Shown here: positions 9,310 through 20,424 of the stretch, one piece after another
Layout of the letters: each line of letters starts with the position of its first letter
Position numbering within the stretch: the stretch's first letter is position 1
NCBI GenBank assembly: GCA_965263035.1
Contig: OZ253580.1
Span: 1,600,001 to 1,664,000 of the forward strand
Reading direction: 5' to 3'
DNA length: 64,000 bases
Source: Acidobacteriota bacterium
Lineage (GTDB): Bacteria > Acidobacteriota > UBA6911 > RPQK01 > JAJDTT01
Made by a program: the position numbers and the translations under genes
Notes under the pieces: model-generated
The model's database searches: none
Seen by the model: the letters and a program-made list of their open reading frames with translations, nothing else
What the model was told of the DNA's origin: nothing

Positions 9310-10791
9310 TCATGGAAGGCGGGTTGAGCCCATGAGGAAGCGGTCGCACTCCCGGGCGGCTTCCCGGCCCTCCCGGATGGCCCAGACCACCAGGCTCTGC
9401 CCTCGCCGGGCGTCGCCGGCGGCGAAGATGCCCGGGACGCTGGTCGCGTAGTCGCCGAAGTCCGCCTGGATATTGGACCGGGGGTCCCGTTCCAGCCCCA
9501 GCAGATCGGGGAGCCGGTCCTCGGGTCCCAGGAATCCCATGGCCAGCAGGACCAGTTGGGCCGGCCACACCCGCTCCGTTCCCGGGATTCGTTCGAACGA
9601 CGGTCTTCCACCGTTCTGCGTCCACCGGATCCCCACGGTGTGGACCTCCTGCAGGCCGCCCGAGGCGTCGCCCTCCATCCTGACGGTCATGATGGAGAAA
9701 CGGCGGGGATCCGCTCCGAAGCGGGCGGCGGCTTCCTCCTGCCCGTAGTCCATGCGGTAGATCTTCGGCCACTGGGGCCAGGGGTTGTCCGGGGCCCGGC
9801 TGTCGGGAGGCCGGAGAAGGATCTCGAATTGCACCAGGCTGCGGCAGCCATGGCGAAGGGCAGTCCCGACACAATCGGTTCCCGTGTCTCCGCCTCCGAT
9901 GACGATGACGTCCTTGTCACGGGCCGAAATGTATCGCCCGTCCTCAAGACTGCTGTCCAGCAGGCTCTTGGTGTTGGCGTGCAGATAGTCCATGGCGAAA
10001 AGGACGCCGTCCAGATCGCGGCCCCCCACGGGCAGGTCTCTGGGCTCGGTGGCGCCGCAACAGAGGACGGCCGCGTCGAAATCGTCTCTCAGCTTGGAGG
10101 CCGGGTAGTTTCCGCCCACGTCCATCCCGGTGAGGAAACGGACGCCCTCGGCCGCCAGGAGCTCGACCCGGCGCCAAACCACGTCCTTGTCCAGCTTCAT
10201 GGCCGGGATGCCGTAGGTCAGGAGCCCTCCGATCCGATCCGCCCGCTCCAGGACGGTGACCTCGTGCCCGGCCTGGTTCAGCTGGTCGGCGCAGGCCAGA
10301 CCCGCCGGTCCCGACCCCACGACGGCGACCTTCTTTCCGGTGCGCCGGGAAGGCGGGCGGGGGACGATCCAACCCTCCTCGAATCCCCGGTCGACGATGG
10401 AACACTCGATGCTCTTGATGGTGACCGGCGGCTCGTTGATGCCCAGGACGCAAGAGCCCTCGCAAGGGGCGGGACAGACCCGTCCCGTGAACTCGGGGAA
10501 GTTGTTGGTCTTGTGGAGACGCTCCAGGGCCTCCCGCCAGAGACCCCGGTAAACCAGATCGTTCCACTCCGGGATCAGGTTGTGGATGGGACAGCCGGTG
10601 GCCATCCCGCCCATCACTTCGCCCGTGTGGCAGAAAGGGACGCCGCAGTCCATGCAGCGGGCTCCCTGGCGCTGCAGCGAGGAATCGGGCAGATGCCGGT
10701 GGAACTCTCCCCAGCTTCCGATCCGTTCGCCAGGAGTCAGGACCGGACCCGACTCCCGCTCGTATTCCATGAAGCCGGTGGGCTTACCCAT
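9310..10791 (-). CDS. gltD: Glutamate synthase small subunit
   Basis: [47 protein letters not shown] and [15 protein letters not shown] motifs. Confidence 0.97.
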   Translation of the reverse strand: MGKPTGFMEYERESGPVLTPGERIGSWGEFHRHLPDSSLQRQGARCMDCGVPFCHTGEVMGGMATGCPIHNLIPEWNDLVYRGLWREALERLHKTNNFPEFTGRVCPAPCEGSCVLGINEPPVTIKSIECSIVDRGFEEGWIVPRPPSRRTGKKVAVVGSGPAGLACADQLNQAGHEVTVLERADRIGGLLTYGIPAMKLDKDVVWRRVELLAAEGVRFLTGMDVGGNYPASKLRDDFDAAVLCCGATEPRDLPVGGRDLDGVLFAMDYLHANTKSLLDSSLEDGRYISARDKDVIVIGGGDTGTDCVGTALRHGCRSLVQFEILLRPPDSRAPDNPWPQWPKIYRMDYGQEEAAARFGADPRRFSIMTVRMEGDASGGLQEVHTVGIRWTQNGGRPSFERIPGTERVWPAQLVLLAMGFLGPEDRLPDLLGLERDPRSNIQADFGDYATSVPGIFAAGDARRGQSLVVWAIREGREAARECDRFLMGSTRLP

Positions 10792-10825
10792 CTGGCACTC
10801 TATTCATACTCCTTGGCCGGCGTTC

Positions 10826-13800
10826 TTATCTGCCATCAGCTCGAGCCTTGTTCCGGGCGTTGACCTGGAACGCCGCCATGACGACCTCCGAATCGGAGAG
10901 GCCCTGGTCCTTCATCCGATCCTGGGTCTCCACCACCCGGCGGTAATCGACCGGATAGACCTTGACGAACCTGGCGGCCATGCCCGTTCCCGACGAGAGC
11001 AGTTGCCATCCAATTTCGCTTCCCGTCAGCTCCACATGCCTGCGCACCATGCGGGCCAGGATCTCCCCATCCTCGGCATCGTCCAGCGGCAGCAGTTCCA
11101 CCATCTCGGGATTGCAAACGGAGGAGAACTCACCCGATTCGTCCAACACGTAGGCGATGCCTCCGGACATTCCGGCGGCGAAATTCCGGCCGGTCGGACC
11201 CAGGACCACCACGCAGCCTCCCGTCATGTACTCGCAACCGTGGTCGCCGACTCCCTCCACAACGGCTCTGACCCCGCTGTTGCGGACGCAGAAACGCTCT
11301 CCGGCCAGACCCCGAATATAGGCTTCGCCGGAGGTGGCGCCATAGAAGGCCACGTTGCCGACGATGACGTTCTCCTGCGCCACGAAGACCGATTCCCGGG
11401 GAGGACGGACGATGATTTTGCCGCCCGAGAGACCCTTCCCGATGTAGTCGTTGGCGTCCCCCTCCAGGCTCAGGGTCATACCCCGCGGAATGAAGGCCCC
11501 GAAACTCTGGCCGGCGGAGCCTCGAAAACGAAGCTGGATCGTGTCCTCCGGGAGTCCCTTCCTCCCATACCGCCTCGTGACCTCGGACCCCACCATGGTG
11601 CCCACGGTCCGGTTCACGTTCCCGATGGGAAGACTCTCGGCGACGGGCTGCCCCCGTTCCAGCGCCGGCCGGCACAATTCCAGCAGCCGGGTTCGATCCA
11701 GGGCCGCGTCCAGCTTGTGATCCTGCGGGATCTGGCAGAACCGCCCCACGCTGGAGGGCATCTCCGGCCGGTACAGGATCCGCGAGAAGTCCAGACCCCG
11801 GGTCTTCCAGTGGTCGACGGCATCCCGGACACCCAATTTGTCGCTCCGGCCGATCATCTCGTCGATGCTCCGAAACCCGAGGCTCGCCATGAGCTCCCGG
11901 GCCTCCTGGGCGACGAAACGCATGAAGTTCACCACATGGGCCGGGTCTCCGGTGAATTTCTTCCGGAGCTCCGGATCCTGGGTGGCCACCCCAACCGGGC
12001 AGGTGTTCAGGTGACAGACCCGCATCATGACGCAACCCAGGACGACCAGCGGCGCCGTGGCGAACCCGAATTCCTCGCCGCCCAGCAGAGCGGCCACCAC
12101 CACGTCCCTCCCCGTCTTGAGCTGGCCGTCCACCTCCACCACGATTCGGCTGCGCAGGTCGTTGAGCAACAACACCTGGTGGGTCTCGGCCAGCCCCAGC
12201 TCCCAGGGGATCCCGGCGTGCTTGATGCTGGTGAGCGGCGAGGCTCCGGTCCCCCCGTCGTGGCCGCTGATGAGGACCACGTCCGCCCTGCCCTTGGAAA
12301 CGCCGGCGGCGATGGTGCCCACTCCCACTTCGGCCACCAGCTTCACGCTGATCCGGGCCTCGTGATTGGCGTTCTTCAAGTCGTGAATGAGCGCCGCCAG
12401 GTCTTCGATGGAGTAGATGTCGTGGTGCGGCGGGGGCGAGATCAGGCCCACTCCGGGCGTTGAATAACGAACCTTGGCGATCCAGGGGTAGACCTTGTGC
12501 CCCGGAAGCTGTCCTCCCTCCCCCGGCTTGGCGCCCTGGGCCATCTTGATCTGGAGCTCCCTGGAGTTGACCAGGTACTCGCTGGTCACTCCGAAACGGC
12601 CCGAGGCCACCTGCTTGATGGCGCTGTTGCGGGAATCGCCGTTGGGATCTGCCGTATAGCGCTTGGGATCCTCGCCCCCCTCCCCGGTGTTGCTCTTGCC
12701 GCCGATCCGGTTCATGGCGATCGCCAGCGACTCGTGGGCCTCCAGGCTGATGGAGCCGTAGGACATGGCGCCCGTTTTGAACCGCCTCATGATCTCCTCG
12801 ACCGGTTCGACCTCCTGGATCGGAATCGGCTCTTCGGAGTGCTTCAGACGGAACAGCCCCCTCAAGGTGCACAGTCTTCGGGTCTGGTCGTTGACCCGGC
12901 GGCTGTAGTCCCGATAGGCGCCTTCATCGCCGGTGCGGCAAGCGTATTGCAACCGGTGGACGGTCTGGGGATTGAAGAGATGGTGTTCACCGGTGCGGCG
13001 CCACTGATACTGGCCGCCCGACTCCAGAGGTCCGTCGCTCTGCTCTTCCCCGATCCAGGCCCGCTCGTGGAGGTGCCGGACTTCCGTCTCCAGGACCTCC
13101 ATCCCGACCCCGCCCACCCGCGACGGAGTCCCGGTGAAGTAACGGTCGACGACATCGGAGGCCAGACCGACCGCCTCGAAGATCTGGGCGCCCCGATAAC
13201 TCTGGACCGTGGAGATGCCCATCTTGGACATGACCTTGACCACGCCCTTGTTGACCGCCTTGACGTAGTTCTTCCGGCACTTCTCGTACGACCGGTCCGG
13301 AACGATCCCATCCCGAATCATGCCCCGGATGGTCTCCAGGGCCAGATAGGGATGCACGGCGCCGGCTCCGTAGCCGATGAGCAGGGAGAAGTGGTGGACC
13401 TCCCGCGGCTCGCCGCTCTCCACCACCAGGGAGGCCCGTGTTCTCAGCCCTTCCCGGATCAGGTGGTGGTGAACGCCCGAGACCGCCAGCAGGGCCGGAA
13501 TCGGAGCTTCCGCGCGGCCAGGGTCTCGATCCGAGAGAACCAGGAGGTCGCTTCCCGACGAGACCGCCGCCGCCCCCTCTTGACAGAGACGGTCCAGGGC
13601 CTGTTCCAGATCCTCTTCCTCGACCTTGAGAAAGGCCGGCAGTACGGTGGTCCGGAATCCACCGGGACCGCTGCCGTCGAGCCGGCGCAACTTCTCCATC
13701 TGGACGCCGTCCAGGATGGGCGAGGAGAGCCTGATCTGCTGAGCCGATTGGGGACGGGGGTCCAGCAGGTTCCCTTCCGATCCCAGGTGGGTGTCCAGGG

Positions 13801-15424
13801 ACATGATCAAGGCCTCCCGGATGGCGTCAACGGGAGGATTGGTCACCTGGGCGAAGAGCTGCTTGAAATAATTGTACAGAAGCTGGGGCCGGTCCGACAG
13901 CAGAGCCAGCGGCGTGTCGGTTCCCATGGAGCCCATGGCCTCGTGTCCTTCCGAGGCCATGGGAGCGATGAGCAACCGCAGATCTTCGTTGGTGTATCCG
14001 AAGAGATGCTGCTGCCGCCGGAGTCCGTCCCGGCCCAGGGCCGGAGGCCGCCCCCCGCCAGGAAGCAGGTCCAGAGGCGTCAGGTGTTCCCGAAGCCACT
14101 TGCGGTAGGGCCGGGCCACCGCGGCCTTCCGCTTGAGTTCACCGTCCGAGATGATTCGTCCTTGAACCGCATCCACCAGAAACATGCGGCCGGGCTGAAG
14201 GCGTCCCTTGCGGAGAACCTTCTGAGGCGGAACGTCCAGTACTCCCACCTCGGAAGCCAGGATCACCTGCCCGTCCGTGGTGACCGAGTAGCGGGAGGGG
14301 CGCAGACCGTTGCGGTCCAGCACGGCGCCGGCGCGAAGGCCGTCGGTGAAAGCGATGGAGGCGGGCCCGTCCCAGGGTTCCATCAGGCACGAGTGGTACT
14401 CGTAGAAGGCCCGCTTCGCAGGGTTCATGTCCGGGTCGCCGCTCCAGGGCTCCGGAATCATCATCATCATGGAATGCGGCAGGCTCCGCCCGGTCATGTA
14501 GAGCATCTCCAGGGCGTTGTCGAACATCGCCGAGTCGCTGCCGTCGGGGTCGATGACCGGCAGGACCTTGTCCAGATCCGGGCCCAGAAGATCCGATTCG
14601 AACAGGGCCTCGCGAGCCCGCATCCAATTGCAGTTGCCCTGCAGCGTGTTGATCTCCCCGTTGTGGCAGAGGTAGCGGTTCGGATGCGCCCGGCTCCAGT
14701 TGGGAAAGGTGTTGGTGCTGAAGCGGGAATGGACCATGGCCAGTCCGGTCTCCAGGGACGGCTCCACCAGGTCCGGGTAGAAGCCGGTCATCTGATCCGC
14801 CCGGAGCATGCCCTTGTAGACCACCGTCCGGGAGGAGAGGCTGGCCACATAGAACATCTCCTTCCGGCGGATGTCCGAGGCTCGAACCAGGTTCTCGACG
14901 CGGCGGCGAATGATGTAGAGCTTTCTTTCCAGATCCTGTCCCGGCACCGCCCCCCGGGCGCCGATAAAGATCTGGCGAATCACCGGCTGGCAGGCCTTCG
15001 CCGTCGGTCCCAGCAAGGAGTTGTCGACCGGAACGGTCCTCCAGCCCAACACCTCCTGTCCCTCTTCCCGAACCACCTCGTCCAGGAGCCTCTCGCACTC
15101 CCGGCGAGCCTCGCTCGGATCGGGAAGGAAGATCATGCCGACCCCGTAGCCGCCCTGGGCGGGCAGCCGAATCCCCGCATCGGCACAGGCGCCCTCGAAG
15201 AAGCGGTGGGGTGTCTGGAGCAGGATTCCGGCTCCGTCTCCCGTGTTCTCCTCGCAGCCGCAGGCCCCCCGGTGATTCAGGTTGAGGAGCATCTGAATGC
15301 CCATCTCCACGAACTCGTGGGAGACGCGCCCTTTCATGTCCACCACGAACCCGATTCCGCAGGCATCGTGCTCGAAGCGCGGATCGTAGAGCCCCTGTTG
15401 CTGCGGTCGTCCCCGGCGATTCAC
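10826..15424 (-). CDS. gltB: Glutamate synthase large subunit
   Basis: 1532 aa; EHDAC catalytic Cys, [33 protein letters not shown] 3Fe-4S motif and C-terminal GXGXG beta-helix. Confidence 0.98.
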   Translation of the reverse strand: MNRRGRPQQQGLYDPRFEHDACGIGFVVDMKGRVSHEFVEMGIQMLLNLNHRGACGCEENTGDGAGILLQTPHRFFEGACADAGIRLPAQGGYGVGMIFLPDPSEARRECERLLDEVVREEGQEVLGWRTVPVDNSLLGPTAKACQPVIRQIFIGARGAVPGQDLERKLYIIRRRVENLVRASDIRRKEMFYVASLSSRTVVYKGMLRADQMTGFYPDLVEPSLETGLAMVHSRFSTNTFPNWSRAHPNRYLCHNGEINTLQGNCNWMRAREALFESDLLGPDLDKVLPVIDPDGSDSAMFDNALEMLYMTGRSLPHSMMMMIPEPWSGDPDMNPAKRAFYEYHSCLMEPWDGPASIAFTDGLRAGAVLDRNGLRPSRYSVTTDGQVILASEVGVLDVPPQKVLRKGRLQPGRMFLVDAVQGRIISDGELKRKAAVARPYRKWLREHLTPLDLLPGGGRPPALGRDGLRRQQHLFGYTNEDLRLLIAPMASEGHEAMGSMGTDTPLALLSDRPQLLYNYFKQLFAQVTNPPVDAIREALIMSLDTHLGSEGNLLDPRPQSAQQIRLSSPILDGVQMEKLRRLDGSGPGGFRTTVLPAFLKVEEEDLEQALDRLCQEGAAAVSSGSDLLVLSDRDPGRAEAPIPALLAVSGVHHHLIREGLRTRASLVVESGEPREVHHFSLLIGYGAGAVHPYLALETIRGMIRDGIVPDRSYEKCRKNYVKAVNKGVVKVMSKMGISTVQSYRGAQIFEAVGLASDVVDRYFTGTPSRVGGVGMEVLETEVRHLHERAWIGEEQSDGPLESGGQYQWRRTGEHHLFNPQTVHRLQYACRTGDEGAYRDYSRRVNDQTRRLCTLRGLFRLKHSEEPIPIQEVEPVEEIMRRFKTGAMSYGSISLEAHESLAIAMNRIGGKSNTGEGGEDPKRYTADPNGDSRNSAIKQVASGRFGVTSEYLVNSRELQIKMAQGAKPGEGGQLPGHKVYPWIAKVRYSTPGVGLISPPPHHDIYSIEDLAALIHDLKNANHEARISVKLVAEVGVGTIAAGVSKGRADVVLISGHDGGTGASPLTSIKHAGIPWELGLAETHQVLLLNDLRSRIVVEVDGQLKTGRDVVVAALLGGEEFGFATAPLVVLGCVMMRVCHLNTCPVGVATQDPELRKKFTGDPAHVVNFMRFVAQEARELMASLGFRSIDEMIGRSDKLGVRDAVDHWKTRGLDFSRILYRPEMPSSVGRFCQIPQDHKLDAALDRTRLLELCRPALERGQPVAESLPIGNVNRTVGTMVGSEVTRRYGRKGLPEDTIQLRFRGSAGQSFGAFIPRGMTLSLEGDANDYIGKGLSGGKIIVRPPRESVFVAQENVIVGNVAFYGATSGEAYIRGLAGERFCVRNSGVRAVVEGVGDHGCEYMTGGCVVVLGPTGRNFAAGMSGGIAYVLDESGEFSSVCNPEMVELLPLDDAEDGEILARMVRRHVELTGSEIGWQLLSSGTGMAARFVKVYPVDYRRVVETQDRMKDQGLSDSEVVMAAFQVNARNKARADGR

Positions 15425-16419
15425 GAGGCCCTCCCCGTCCGGAAACCGGTAGCGCCGGTTCGACCGTTGCCTCCCTGACCCAAAGCGGGAAGGTTGTTGC
15501 CGCGGGTCGGCCTCGTGGCGCGGGCCTTGCCCCCGTTGTTCCCCGAATCCTTCAGTAGTTCCATGAACCGGTGCGCCGCCAGACTGAGCCGGGCATGGCG
15601 CCGAATGATGACTCCCATGGGCCTGACCATGCCGGGCTCGGCCAGAGGCACCGCGGCCAGCGCACCCGACTTGACTTCCCGCAGCAGGGTGGGCTTCGGC
15701 AGCAGGGCCACGCCGGCTCCCACCTCCACGGCTTCCTTGATGTTCTCGATGTTGTCGAACTCCAGCACCACGTCCACGCTGACGCCCTGCTCCCGCAGGA
15801 AACGGTCGACCTGGCGCCGAATCACCAAGCCCTTCTCGAAGCCGATGTAACTTTCCTTGGCGAGGTCCTTGGCGTTAACGCTGGTGCGGCTGGCCAGCCG
15901 GTGTCCGGGAGGACAGACCAGCACCATGGGCTCGTCCCTCCAGGGACGTGTGGTGAGCTCCCGGGTGTTCCTGGGAAACGAAACCAGCCCCAGATCCGCC
16001 GTCCCCTCCACAACCCTCCGATAAACCCGATCCGGGTGCAGATAGTCGATGCGAACCTCCGCGTTCCGGTAGCTCCGGCGGATGCTGTCCACGTATTGGC
16101 TCATGTCCCTGAGCCCGACCGAATAGATGGCCGCCACCTGCACCGTGACCTCCATCCGCTCCCCCTCCTGACGAATGGAAGCTTCAAGCTCCGTGTATTC
16201 GCCCAGCATCTTCTTGCATCCCCGGTAATAGATCTTGCCCAGTTCCGTGGTCTGCAGAGGCCGGGTCGAACGGTCGATCAGGCTGATGCCCAGTTTCCTC
16301 TCCAACTGCAACATGGCTTGGCTGGCGGCGGACTGGGAGAGGCTGTTGAGACGGGCAGCCTGAGAGAAGCTGCGGAGGCGGACGACGTCACAAAACAACT
16401 TCAGGGACTCTATGCGCAT
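15421..16419 (-). CDS. LysR-family transcriptional regulator, stop overlapping the gltB start
   Basis: N-terminal [33 protein letters not shown] and a substrate-binding domain; GTGA overlap with gltB. Confidence 0.93.
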   Translation of the reverse strand: MRIESLKLFCDVVRLRSFSQAARLNSLSQSAASQAMLQLERKLGISLIDRSTRPLQTTELGKIYYRGCKKMLGEYTELEASIRQEGERMEVTVQVAAIYSVGLRDMSQYVDSIRRSYRNAEVRIDYLHPDRVYRRVVEGTADLGLVSFPRNTRELTTRPWRDEPMVLVCPPGHRLASRTSVNAKDLAKESYIGFEKGLVIRRQVDRFLREQGVSVDVVLEFDNIENIKEAVEVGAGVALLPKPTLLREVKSGALAAVPLAEPGMVRPMGVIIRRHARLSLAAHRFMELLKDSGNNGGKARATRPTRGNNLPALGQGGNGRTGATGFRTGRAS

Positions 16420-16699
16420 GAAGGTAAAAGCATACTCTTTTCTAATATCTTATCAACTCCGTATTAAATTATTGAATGATTGGACGAACCCTGGCGCGCC
16501 CGAGCCGAAGCTGAGTCAGGCCGCGGGAACAGGTAAACCGGGCGCCGCCCGGTTTACCAGGGTGCTTCCTCCGCGTATCATCTTGCCGGTCAAGTCAGAG
16601 ACCGGCTCCGCCGGGTCGCTGAGCCGCGGTGGCCAGGACCCGCGGGAGCCGGGGACCGGAGCGGTTTCTGGCCGCCGGCACCTGAGAGGAGATCCGAAA

Positions 16700-17593
16700 G
16701 TGAAGCGATTTCACGGAGTTTATCCGGCGCTGGTCACCCCCTTGGACGACCGCGGCAACATCCGGACGGGAGCCCTCCGAGACCTGATGGAGTGGCATTT
16801 GGAAGTCGGGGTCGACGGGTTCTACATCGCCGGCGGCACCGGGGAAGGCCTGTTGTTGACCCAGGACCAACGCCGGGCGCTCACCGAAGCAACCGTCCAA
16901 GCGGCCGACGGAAGGGCTCCCATCATCGTCCACGTGGGACACGTCTCCACCCGGGCGGCCGTCGATCTGGCGCGTCACGCCGCTGCGGCGGGCGCCGACG
17001 CCGTCAGTGCCATCCCGCCCATCTATTACGGCACGGATCCGGCATCCATCGTGGGGCACTACACGGCCATCGCCTCGGCCACGCCCCTGCCCCTTGTCGT
17101 CTATCACATTCCCGCGGCCACCCACTCCCAGATGACCGTGGGCCTCATGACCGATCTGCTCCGGTTGCCTACGGTCAAGGGGATCAAGTTCAGCGACTGC
17201 AACCACTTCCTGATGCGGCAGATCGGACTTCTGAGATCGGACCTGTTGGTCTATTCGGGAAATGACGAAATCTTCCTGTCCGGCCTGGTCATGGGGGCCA
17301 AAGGAGGCATCGGTCTGACTTACAACTTCATGCCTCAACTCTTCGTCGGAATCTACCAGGCCTTCCACGCAGGCGACCTGGCCCGGGCTCGGGAATTGCA
17401 ATGGAAAGCCTGCGCCATGATCGACGTTCTGCTGGGAATCAGCGGGTCCCCCCTTTCCGCGGCCAAGGTTCTGCTGCGGCACCTGGGATTCGAGGTGGGA
17501 GAAGTTCGGCGTCCGATTCGCCCGTTGACCCGTCAGGACACGGAGAAGGTGGTGGGCCGGATGACGGAACTGGGACTGGACCGGCGCAGCTGA
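16700..17593 (+). CDS. DapA/NanA-family aldolase (N-acetylneuraminate lyase-like)
   Basis: GVYPALVTP, GGTGEG, YHIP and GIKFS (Schiff-base Lys). Start set at GTG 16700 after the AGGAG RBS; the ORF-track extension from 16412 looks spurious. Confidence 0.88.
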   Translation: MKRFHGVYPALVTPLDDRGNIRTGALRDLMEWHLEVGVDGFYIAGGTGEGLLLTQDQRRALTEATVQAADGRAPIIVHVGHVSTRAAVDLARHAAAAGADAVSAIPPIYYGTDPASIVGHYTAIASATPLPLVVYHIPAATHSQMTVGLMTDLLRLPTVKGIKFSDCNHFLMRQIGLLRSDLLVYSGNDEIFLSGLVMGAKGGIGLTYNFMPQLFVGIYQAFHAGDLARARELQWKACAMIDVLLGISGSPLSAAKVLLRHLGFEVGEVRRPIRPLTRQDTEKVVGRMTELGLDRRS

Positions 17594-17653
17594 AGGCCGC
17601 CGTCCAGCTTCGCGCGTTTCGACCGAATCGCGCCCCACGGTGAGCAACGGGGG

Positions 17654-18589
17654 CTACGGTTCCTGCTGCAGCCGTTCTTCGATCTCGCTCACGCGGATCA
17701 CGCCGTGCTCGGCGTCGTAGGGGAGTCCGCGGGTGGCGGCCACCCGGTCGATGAAGCTCAGGCCCAACGGCCCCGCATAGGTCTCAGGAGTGCTGAAAGC
17801 CGGGTCCTCCAGAGCTTCCGCCATGGAGATGAAGGAATACCCACGTTCCTGGAGCATCTGAATCGTGTCCTCCAGGAAACTGGCGGTGGCGATGGCGCAA
17901 TGCAGCCAGAGGATATGGGGGATGTTCCGGCCGAACACGGCCTGGGACTGGGCCTCGCCGTAATCGACCGCCTCGCCCACGTGCGCCAGGTAGATGGCCT
18001 TGAGCCTCTCCCTGACGGGGTCGTCGTTCTCGACGTCGAGAAAGATCCGGTTGAACCGGCGGTCTCCGGTCTTGATGGTGGCCGGAGCAATCTCATAACT
18101 GGCCCGGTAGAGCGCCTTGGCCACCCGTTTCTTCTTCTTTTCGTTATCCCCCTCGTGGAGGTAGGGGAACCGCAGATAGCGGTAGTTGAATCCCCTCCGG
18201 GATCTGGCCAGCAGCTTCAGATACTTCTGGCCGTCGCTCACGTGCTCCAGAAACTCTTTGGCCTTGAGCTGGTGAAGATCGACGTGGGCGAAGGTGTGGT
18301 TGCCCACGATGTGCCCCGCGTCCGCCCAGTCCTCCAACACGACGAAGGTGGCCAAGTCGTCCTGAATGCGCTCTTCCACCACGAAGCCGGCCGCAGAAAT
18401 GTCCCGCTGCTTCAGAGCGCGCAGGATCATGTTGCTGATTTCCCGGGGCCGCCAGTAGCCCACGGGGCCCAAGACCGGGAGATCGTCGAAGGTCAGAGCG
18501 ATTTTTCGGTCCGGCTCGGCAAGTCCGGGGACAGGCAGAAGAAAGACAAGAAGGAGCGGCAAACCGATGCGCCGGCCGAGTTGCCTCAT
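17654..18589 (-). CDS. Secreted polysaccharide deacetylase (NodB-type)
   Basis: Signal peptide; ALTFDDLP, NHTFAH and LRFPY motifs. Confidence 0.88.
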   Translation of the reverse strand: MRQLGRRIGLPLLLVFLLPVPGLAEPDRKIALTFDDLPVLGPVGYWRPREISNMILRALKQRDISAAGFVVEERIQDDLATFVVLEDWADAGHIVGNHTFAHVDLHQLKAKEFLEHVSDGQKYLKLLARSRRGFNYRYLRFPYLHEGDNEKKKKRVAKALYRASYEIAPATIKTGDRRFNRIFLDVENDDPVRERLKAIYLAHVGEAVDYGEAQSQAVFGRNIPHILWLHCAIATASFLEDTIQMLQERGYSFISMAEALEDPAFSTPETYAGPLGLSFIDRVAATRGLPYDAEHGVIRVSEIEERLQQEP

Positions 18590-18613
18590 TTTCCTCTTCC
18601 TCCAATCCGGAGG

Positions 18614-19585
18614 TCAGGAAGTCAGAAGAAGCACCTTGCCTGTGGTCTTCCGCCCCTCCAGCGCCCGATGCGCCGCCTCGGCCTCCGCGAGCGGGTAGGT
18701 CGAACCGATGCGCACTTTCAGATCCCCTTCAGCGTACCACGCAAACAGGTCGTCGGCGCGAGCCATCAACTCTTCTCGGGTGAGCGCGTAATGGTTCAGG
18801 CTCGGACGCGTCAGGAAAAGGGATCCCTTCTGGTTCAAAATCTGGGGATCGAAGGTATCCACGGGTCCGCTGGATTGGCCGAAGAGGACCAGGTAGCCTC
18901 TGGGCCGCAGGCAGTTCAGGCTCCGCTCGAAGGTGGTCTTGGCCACCGAATCGTAAACCACGTGGACTCCCGCCCCGCCGGTCAAGCGTTCCACCTCGAC
19001 CTGGAAATCCTGTTCCGTATAGAGGATCACATGGTCGGCGCCCGCCTGCCGGGCCAGTTCCGCCTTGGCCTCGGTGGAGACCGTCCCGATGACGCTCGCT
19101 CCGAGGAGTTTGGCGACCTGTACCAACAGCAGACCGACGCCGCCGGCGGCCGCGTGGACCAGAGCGGTGTCGCCCTCGCCCAACGGATAGGACCCGTGGG
19201 CCAGATAGTGGGCCGTGAGGCCCTGCACCATGAGGGTGGCCGCCACCGAGGTTTCCATTTCGTCGGGGAGGACCACGAGTTTCGACGCGTCCACCGCCGC
19301 CCGTTGTGCGTAGGAGCCCAGGTTCATGGCGTAGGAGACCCGATCTCCGGCGCGAATCCCCTCCACCCGGGAACCCACTTCGAGAACGGTCCCGGCTCCT
19401 TCCACCCCCGGAGTGAAGGGCACGGGAATCGGATAGTAACCGTACCGATGGTAGGTATCGATGTAGTTGATCCCGGCAACCTCGATCTCCACCAGGGCCT
19501 GGGCCGGACCGATCGCAGGCTCCGGCGTCTCCTCGTACCGGAGGACTTCGGGGCCCCCGTTTTCGTTCACACGGATGGCTTTCAT
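18614..19585 (-). CDS. qor: NADPH:quinone oxidoreductase (zeta-crystallin-like)
   Basis: [42 protein letters not shown] and TTGKVLL motifs. Confidence 0.92.
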   Translation of the reverse strand: MKAIRVNENGGPEVLRYEETPEPAIGPAQALVEIEVAGINYIDTYHRYGYYPIPVPFTPGVEGAGTVLEVGSRVEGIRAGDRVSYAMNLGSYAQRAAVDASKLVVLPDEMETSVAATLMVQGLTAHYLAHGSYPLGEGDTALVHAAAGGVGLLLVQVAKLLGASVIGTVSTEAKAELARQAGADHVILYTEQDFQVEVERLTGGAGVHVVYDSVAKTTFERSLNCLRPRGYLVLFGQSSGPVDTFDPQILNQKGSLFLTRPSLNHYALTREELMARADDLFAWYAEGDLKVRIGSTYPLAEAEAAHRALEGRKTTGKVLLLTS

Positions 19586-19781
19586 AGGCTGATCCCAGTC
19601 AACGGCCCGGATTCCCACGGTCGACGGAAACCTCCTTGTCGCGCGGACCGGGCTTTAGTGTAAGCGGGAGTATAGCTTCCGGAGAAAAGCGAGGGAAGGC
19701 GTGGAGTGAGTATCTCGGGGCGGGACCCGGCGAGATCCCGAGTGGGACGGACCAACCCCATTTTCCCAAAAACTCCCTCTC

Positions 19782-19816
19782 TCACTCCTCATTCCTCTTT
19801 CCTCATTCCTCTTTCC
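19782..19816. repeat. Heptamer tandem repeat TC(A/T)(C/T)TCC x5 in a divergent intergenic region
   Basis: tcactcc tcattcc tctttcc tcattcc tctttcc. Confidence 0.75.
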
Positions 19817-19829
19817 TCGTCTTGGTGTT

Positions 19830-20363
19830 ATGATGCCGAAAAATAAGGTTCGCCAAGCGACTGTAATGAAGGGGATGAAGATGCCAAGAGTGGCCCGGTT
19901 CGTTTTGTTGGTGATGTTTCTGACATTTCCGGCCCTGGGCCAAGATCGCGTCGAAATGTCGTCTCCGGTCATCAGGACGACGGTCGATGACATCATCCTC
20001 TCCGTCGACCTCACCGATTTCTCGGCCGAGAACTCCTACCGGCTCGGATTCGGCACCGCGAAAGGCAAGGTCAAGGCCCGGCTGCAATTGGTCCAGGGCA
20101 CGGAAGACGTGCCCATCCCGCAGATGGATTTCGTCCAAGGTCACACCAGCAGTTGGTGGGAGGTGCCGCAGATATCCGCCCGCGGCTGGAGCTTGAAGGG
20201 AGCGAACCTGCCCAAGGCGGGCGAACGGTTCACCTTCCGGGTGATGATCTCCCGAGCCGACGCCAAGGAAATCACCAAGGTCTACCTCCTCATCTCACGC
20301 AGCTACGGTCCGGAACTGTGGTACCTGGAAGACGGCGTGGAGATGGATCAGTCCATGTGGTGA
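19830..20363 (+). CDS. Hypothetical secreted protein (true start may be a downstream Met, ~19866-19881)
   Basis: Signal-like MPRVARFVLLVMFLTFPALG followed by a beta-rich domain with high-GC3 codon usage. Confidence 0.7.
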   Translation: MMPKNKVRQATVMKGMKMPRVARFVLLVMFLTFPALGQDRVEMSSPVIRTTVDDIILSVDLTDFSAENSYRLGFGTAKGKVKARLQLVQGTEDVPIPQMDFVQGHTSSWWEVPQISARGWSLKGANLPKAGERFTFRVMISRADAKEITKVYLLISRSYGPELWYLEDGVEMDQSMW

Positions 20364-20424
20364 GCCGATTCCATCCCCGATCGCCGCCCGACCCTGTTTC
20401 TCTTGAATTCCTGAATTTCCTTCG

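Noticed and set aside
16412-16699. N-terminal extensions in the ORF track for the aldolase (also EF-G 26212, activator 32654, CxxCH protein 59820)
   Set aside because: Downstream starts match the family N-termini, and most have clear RBSs; the extensions overlap other genes or look non-coding.
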